NCBI GenBank assembly: GCA_030599585.1
Contig: JAUVNS010000008.1
Span: 96,001-160,000, forward strand
Reading direction: 5' to 3'
DNA length: 64,000 bases
Source: Promethearchaeota archaeon
GTDB lineage: Archaea; Asgardarchaeota; Lokiarchaeia; Sigyniarchaeales; SOKP01
Below, in pieces: positions 59,005 to 64,000 of the stretch (positions are counted from its first letter, which is position 1; every line of letters starts with the position of its first letter). A program made the translations under genes and the position numbers. The notes beneath the pieces were generated by a model. That model was not told the DNA's origin. It searched no databases and saw only the letters and a program-made list of their open reading frames with translations.

Positions 59005-59808
59005 TTATAAAACTTTATCATCCTTTAAATTTTGACATAATTTTTGAACAACTTCTTCAATTGTCCCCCTTAAAATAACTCGATCTCCCTTCCGTTTGGG
59101 CACGAAGATTTTCCAAACTTCGGTACTTGAACCATTTAACCCAATTTTCGACGGATCAGCGTTTAAAGCAACACTATCTAAATGCACAATTTCTTTATTG
59201 TGTGCCTTCATAATTCCAGCCATGCTAGGATATCTAGGTTCGTTGATGTCGTTCAAAACAGAAATTAAAGCCGGTAAATTTGTTTCAATTACAACAATTT
59301 CTATTGCTCTAAATTTTCTCTCAGCAATTAATTTATTTCCCTTTAATTCCACATTAAGCACATATGCAATTTGCGGTATTTCTAACTCTTCAGCTAATTC
59401 GGGAGGAACTTGACCAGTATCTCCATCAATAGCTTGAGCACCGCATATAACAAGATACTTTTCTTCAGAATCTGATTCTTTTAATATTTTTTTGATAGCT
59501 AAAGCTAGTGTATATGAAGTAGCTAGCGTATCTGCTCCAGCAAAAGCTCTATCAGTTAATAAATAAGCTTGATCTGCCCCCATCGCTAAAACTTCTCGTA
59601 AAATTTCTTCTGCTTGAGGAGGCCCCATACTTAAAGCTATAACCTCAGCAGTATATTTTTCTTTTAATGAAAGAGCTATTTCAATTGCATTTCGATCGTT
59701 GGGATTAAGTATAGATAAAATTCCCTCTCTTACGAGCGTATTGGTTTTAGGGTCAATTTTTACCTCTGATACACCCGGAACTTGTTTTACGCAAACAAAT
59801 ATCTTCAA
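59005..59808 (-). CDS. etfB: Electron transfer flavoprotein beta subunit
   Basis: VCVKQVP, NPND, MGPPQA, FAGADTLATS, QAIDGDTGQV, PRYP, IGLNGS motifs. Confidence 0.95.
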   Translation of the reverse strand: MKIFVCVKQVPGVSEVKIDPKTNTLVREGILSILNPNDRNAIEIALSLKEKYTAEVIALSMGPPQAEEILREVLAMGADQAYLLTDRAFAGADTLATSYTLALAIKKILKESDSEEKYLVICGAQAIDGDTGQVPPELAEELEIPQIAYVLNVELKGNKLIAERKFRAIEIVVIETNLPALISVLNDINEPRYPSMAGIMKAHNKEIVHLDSVALNADPSKIGLNGSSTEVWKIFVPKRKGDRVILRGTIEEVVQKLCQNLKDDKVL

Positions 59809-59965
59809 ATCGAAATCACAACTTCTATAACCTATTTTAATTTAATGCATACTATTTTTTGTTAAAACGAATAATTTATTTAAGAGAAATAAATTTTTCG
59901 ATATTGAACCAAAAATGTGAAAGAAAAATTAGTTATTTAATAATAATGAATTTCATTTAAACCAC

Positions 59966-61120
59966 TTACGCTCCTTTTCTAAGTAAATTAGCAGCAATTA
60001 CTAATCTTTGTATTTCACTGGTTCCCTCGTAAATTTCGCCCATTTTAGCATCTCTGAAATACCGTTCTACAGGGTATGCTTTCATCAACCCATAACCGCC
60101 GTGAATTTGAACAGCACCATGAGCTGCTAGCATAGCTGCTTCAGATGCAACTAATTTCGCCATAGCACTTGCCATACCAAAATCCGCACCAGTATCATGC
60201 AGATAAGCAGCTTTATACGTAAATAACCGCGCTGATTCAATAGCACAAGACATATCGGCGATTTTCCATTGGATAGCTTGAAACCTTCCAATAGGTTTGT
60301 TGAACTGGACTCTTTCGTTTGCATATTTAATTGAAGCTTCTAATGCTGCTTGTCCTAATCCTACACATTGAGCGGCAATACCTATTCTACCAAAGTCTAA
60401 AATTTTCATAGCCATTTTGAACCCCTCACCAGGATTACCTAAAATGTTCTCTTGGGGCACTCTAACGTCTTGAAACACAAGTTCAGATGTGTTTGAGGCT
60501 CGAACTCCCATTTTATCCTCTTTCACGCCCACAGAATAACCGGGGGTGTTAGCATCTACTATAAAAACGGTCAGTTTTTTTCTACTATCTTTTTCTCCAG
60601 TTTTAGCTACGACTAAAAGCGTTTTCGCAATTCCACCGGATGTTGCAAAGATTTTAGTTCCATTTAGAATGTAATCGTTTCCATCCTTAACAGCTGTTAA
60701 TTGAACGCCACCTGCGTCTGAACCCGCATTCGCTTCGGTCAAACAGAATGCTCCAATCTTATTTCCCTTAGCAAGATCAATCAGAAATTTTTGTTTTTGC
60801 TCTTCAGTTCCAAACTTATAAATCGGATAAGCGGCGACACCATTGTGTACTGCTGTTGTAATACCCCATGCTGCGTCTCCTCTAGAAATTTCCTCAATAA
60901 CAATACAAAATCCGATTGAATCGTTGTGGAGTCCAGCTCCTCCGTATTCTTCAGGTATACAACTCCCAAAAAAATTCATTCCTTTCATTCTTTGAAGAAC
61001 ATTATCGTCTAACTCTTGTTTTTCATCGCTTTCACGAGCAACAGGTACGATAAATTCTTCTGTAAACTTCCTTGTGACATTTTTTAACATTTTTTGTTTT
61101 TCACTTAACGAAAAATCCAT
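59966..61120 (-). CDS. Acyl-CoA dehydrogenase (butyryl-CoA dehydrogenase-like)
   Basis: FCLTEANAGSD, KMGVRAS, GRIGIA, QIHGGYG, IYEGTSEIQ motifs. Confidence 0.95.
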   Translation of the reverse strand: MDFSLSEKQKMLKNVTRKFTEEFIVPVARESDEKQELDDNVLQRMKGMNFFGSCIPEEYGGAGLHNDSIGFCIVIEEISRGDAAWGITTAVHNGVAAYPIYKFGTEEQKQKFLIDLAKGNKIGAFCLTEANAGSDAGGVQLTAVKDGNDYILNGTKIFATSGGIAKTLLVVAKTGEKDSRKKLTVFIVDANTPGYSVGVKEDKMGVRASNTSELVFQDVRVPQENILGNPGEGFKMAMKILDFGRIGIAAQCVGLGQAALEASIKYANERVQFNKPIGRFQAIQWKIADMSCAIESARLFTYKAAYLHDTGADFGMASAMAKLVASEAAMLAAHGAVQIHGGYGLMKAYPVERYFRDAKMGEIYEGTSEIQRLVIAANLLRKGA

Positions 61121-61233
61121 AAATTCATCAACTAAGTTTTTTTACTTTTATATTTTAAATGCATACTATAATTTAAATTACCTTAAAAGATGTAATCTTA
61201 CCGCTTAAGAGTCGTAGTAAATAGTATTCCTAT

Positions 61234-62007
61234 CTATGTTTCTGATCTTTTTAAGAAGTTTGTTAACTTTTTTTTAGGTTCTCCAGAGGAAAACCGCTCA
61301 TGGAACGCATTACATTCCATTTGAAATCCTTCCTCGTTGCTGTAAATCCCCATTTTTATCAATTGCTTACTTAGTGTGATTGCTTTCCCTGAATTTTTAA
61401 TCATCATGTTTGCTACTTCTTTTACTTTAGTTTCAAGATCTCTTAAAGGGACGAGTTCATTAATCAAACCAATCTTTAGAGCCTCTTCTGCATTTATGAT
61501 TCTTGAAGTAAATATGAGGTCTTTAGCTTTTGAAGGTCCTATTAAGCGGAGTAATCTTTGAGTAGATCCAGCAGCAGGAGTCATTCCCCATTTCGTCTCA
61601 ACTTGCCCAAATTTCGCATTGTCGGCGGCAATAATGATGTCAGTACACAACATGAGCTCAAATCCGGCAGTAAGATTTAACCCTTTAATTGCTGAAATAA
61701 CGGGAATAGGTAAATTTTCTACCATTTTATAGATCTTCTGGAGATGTCTTGTCATATCTCCCGCTTCTGATTCTTCTAAAGTTACAAGCCACTTAATATC
61801 AAGACCTACCGTGAAGATTTCATCGAGTGACGTAGTAATTACTAAAACGCGAACTTCTCCTAAATTCTGTTTAATGTCTTCTTCTAAAATTCGTTCCAAT
61901 TCGTCAAAAACATTAAGATCAAAGGCGTTTTTCTTATCCGGTCGGTTTAAATAGAGCCAAAAAATTTTATTTTCGAGTTTAATTAACCAGTATTTATAAT
62001 CTGCCAT
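61234..62007 (-). CDS. Enoyl-CoA hydratase/isomerase
   Basis: LNRPDKKNA, AGFEL...D, FGQVE..WG..P..G motifs. Confidence 0.92.
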   Translation of the reverse strand: MADYKYWLIKLENKIFWLYLNRPDKKNAFDLNVFDELERILEEDIKQNLGEVRVLVITTSLDEIFTVGLDIKWLVTLEESEAGDMTRHLQKIYKMVENLPIPVISAIKGLNLTAGFELMLCTDIIIAADNAKFGQVETKWGMTPAAGSTQRLLRLIGPSKAKDLIFTSRIINAEEALKIGLINELVPLRDLETKVKEVANMMIKNSGKAITLSKQLIKMGIYSNEEGFQMECNAFHERFSSGEPKKKLTNFLKRSET

Positions 62008-62307
62008 GATTATAATTATATTTTTTCGTAATTTAATAATTTTTTACTTAAATTCAGTAGACCTTTAACAGTGAAGGAATTAAAAAAAAGAGATAATTTA
62101 GGCATTCATATGAGGTTAATTCTACAACTATTTTAATCCTAAATTTGAGATGAAATTTACTTTTTAAAAATTTTTTTCGAATTTTATGTTAATTGTATAA
62201 ACTAGAATGTTAAGAATATTATATTTCTGAGCCCCTATCTTTAAAATTTCTAATACTTGCAATATAATTGTAATAAGTAATAATTTAAATAAAAAGGTGT
62301 TAAAAAA

Positions 62308-62676
62308 TTGAGTACAATCATGAAATTAAACAAAACATTCGAACGCCTATCTTTAGAAAATGAGGAATTCAAGGAAGAATTAACTTTTTTCAAAAAAAAT
62401 GTCATCCAAGTAAATATGCCTGACTCTGATTTCAATTTCTGGATTGAATTTGGAAACGGAGTATACTTAACTGAAAAGGGAGTAAAAGATAATCCACCGA
62501 TTACGTTCACTATTCCTGAGAAAAACTTGACTTTAATTCTTGAAGGAAAACTTGTATGGTTTGGTGAGTTTTTCAATGGAAATCTCAAAGTTGAAGGCGA
62601 TCTTCAATATACATTAGTTTTCTTTGATATCGTAAAGTTAGCATTAGAAATTACTAACGAAATAGGAGGTGTGTAA
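62308..62676 (+). CDS. SCP2 sterol/lipid-binding domain protein
   Basis: FFNGNLKVEGDL SCP2 signature. Confidence 0.8.
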   Translation: MSTIMKLNKTFERLSLENEEFKEELTFFKKNVIQVNMPDSDFNFWIEFGNGVYLTEKGVKDNPPITFTIPEKNLTLILEGKLVWFGEFFNGNLKVEGDLQYTLVFFDIVKLALEITNEIGGV

Positions 62677-63430
62677 TTTGAATAGGACATTTATATGGGG
62701 TCATCGTGGAACTGGATTCACAGGTACACAAAATACTATGTCTTCTTTTCGGAATGCAATTCATGATATGAGAGTCGATGGAATAAAAACGGAAACAAAG
62801 TTATCAAAAGAAGGTGAAGTCGTATTAAGTTATTTTAATACTCTTAAAATAAACGGGGAAGATGTTCCAATCCAAGAATTAACTATAGAAGAAATCAAAA
62901 AATTTGAACTCGAAAATAATGAAACAATCCCTACTTTACGCGAAGTTCTTGAAGCGTTTGAAAGTTATGATACTAAATATAATTTTGACATTGCAAATCC
63001 TGAAGAGGGAATAGGAATCATCAGAACCGCTAAGGAGTATGGATTAGTAGATCATATAGAACTCGCTAAACCTTCAACACGCCCAGATTCTCTCAGCAAT
63101 TTTTTTACTGAAATTAGAAATTTCGATAAAAATGTAACTTTGATCAATTCTGTCTTCTTAAAACATTCAGTAATTGAAGATAAACATCTAGAACTCGAAG
63201 ATATGAGAAAACTAAACATCAAAGGTTTTAATGTAAACTACAATTTAGCAAATTTCGAACTATTTAAAAGAGTTAAAGAACATGGGTTCAAATTTTGTGT
63301 ATGGGGCGTTCTTTTTAAAAGATCAATGAAAAATTTTCTTACTATGAACTACAAAGGTGAATACATAGACGCAATAATGTCAAATCAACCAGGAAGATTA
63401 GTAAAATTCCGTAATGAATTTCAAAACTAA
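62669..63430 (+). CDS. GDPD-like protein (divergent active site)
   Basis: WGHRG..QNT, IPTLREVL, VWG, IMSNQP present; ExD and second His motifs replaced. Confidence 0.75.
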   Translation: MCNLNRTFIWGHRGTGFTGTQNTMSSFRNAIHDMRVDGIKTETKLSKEGEVVLSYFNTLKINGEDVPIQELTIEEIKKFELENNETIPTLREVLEAFESYDTKYNFDIANPEEGIGIIRTAKEYGLVDHIELAKPSTRPDSLSNFFTEIRNFDKNVTLINSVFLKHSVIEDKHLELEDMRKLNIKGFNVNYNLANFELFKRVKEHGFKFCVWGVLFKRSMKNFLTMNYKGEYIDAIMSNQPGRLVKFRNEFQN

Positions 63431-63522
63431 ATATTTCTTTTGTTTTCTTCTTTTTTTTAACAGATATTGAATTTAAAGGATATCTTGAATGTTTGGTATA
63501 TTATAATAAAAAAAAGGGTGTT

Positions 63523-63825
63523 TTAGTGCCCATCTTGGACTCCTAGTACGACTAAGTTTTCGAGACATTTTATACCTCTTATTTCATCAGCTTTTATAAA
63601 GATAAAATCGTTCTTTTTCAGATTAACTTCTTCTACATTTTTTGTAAAAATTCCCGAACCACTTAAAACTAGAAAGAAAACAGCGTAAGGTTCCGGGTGG
63701 GGCTTTATTTCCAGTCCTTTTTCTAAACAAACGCGAACTATGTTAAACTTCTTTTTTGATTTAACGATCCTCTTTAACGCCGGCTTTCCTGATAAAAATT
63801 CTAAATTTTTTAAAAAATCTGCCAT
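63523..63825 (-). CDS. Cupin domain protein
   Basis: PHPEP...FLVLSGSG..., L...DFIFI cupin pattern. Confidence 0.8.
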   Translation of the reverse strand: MADFLKNLEFLSGKPALKRIVKSKKKFNIVRVCLEKGLEIKPHPEPYAVFFLVLSGSGIFTKNVEEVNLKKNDFIFIKADEIRGIKCLENLVVLGVQDGH

Positions 63826-63867
63826 AATTACGTCACTTTAGGTGCTCCTATATTTTTTTTAATAGTT

Positions 63868-64000
63868 TTAGTGTCCGTCTTGCACAGCTAAAAACACTAA
63901 GTTTTCAATACATTTAATTCCTCTTATCTCATCGGCTTTAATAAATTGAAAGCCATTTTTATTAAGGGTGACCTCTCCAGCTTCACTTGTAAATATTCCA
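63868..64000 (-). CDS. Cupin domain protein, tandem paralog (3' part; runs off right edge)
   Basis: Hand translation GIFTSEAGEVTLNKNGFQFIKADEIRGIKCIENLVFLAVQDGH* closely matches the C-terminus of 63523..63825. Confidence 0.85.
   Translation of the reverse strand, partial: GIFTSEAGEVTLNKNGFQFIKADEIRGIKCIENLVFLAVQDGH

Noticed and set aside
942-62588. Numerous 60-120 aa ORFs antisense to or overlapping long genes (e.g. 942..1274, 11037..11324, 35685..36011, 57881..58246, 62250..62588)
   Set aside because: Shadow ORFs of well-supported genes, with no motifs or initiation signals
1-64000. tRNA or rRNA genes
   Set aside because: No GC-rich cloverleaf or rRNA-like segment was seen in any intergenic region

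Overview
AT-rich (roughly 30% GC) archaeal chromosome segment, most likely from an Asgard archaeon of the Lokiarchaeia type. This is inferred from a gelsolin-domain protein, a TFS-like Zn ribbon, NDP-forming acyl-CoA synthetases, IorAB, PCI-like tails and GGAGGT/GGTGA ribosome-binding sites. Left: an operon of two FtsX/MacB-type permeases, an ABC ATPase, a large surface protein and a membrane-anchored subtilase. This is followed by RNase III, GDPDs, GNATs and MFS transporters. Right: gelsolin-SAP fusion, hydrolases, a MoxR-VWA-SWIM operon, and amino-acid/acyl-CoA fermentation genes (IorAB, ACD, Bcd-EtfAB, crotonase). The most striking feature is absent from the ORF track. At 31.1-33.4 kb there are two copies of a cassette of three different 23-24 aa peptide genes, each with a strong Shine-Dalgarno site. 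They are transcribed divergently from a tandem winged-helix + TPR protein across a palindrome-rich promoter, and lie near an ABC-permease/CAAX-protease-like fusion. This resembles a peptide-sensing (RRNPP-analogous) system in an archaeon. A candidate structured ncRNA lies at about 56.6-56.7 kb. All family assignments are motif recognition by eye; no database searches were run.
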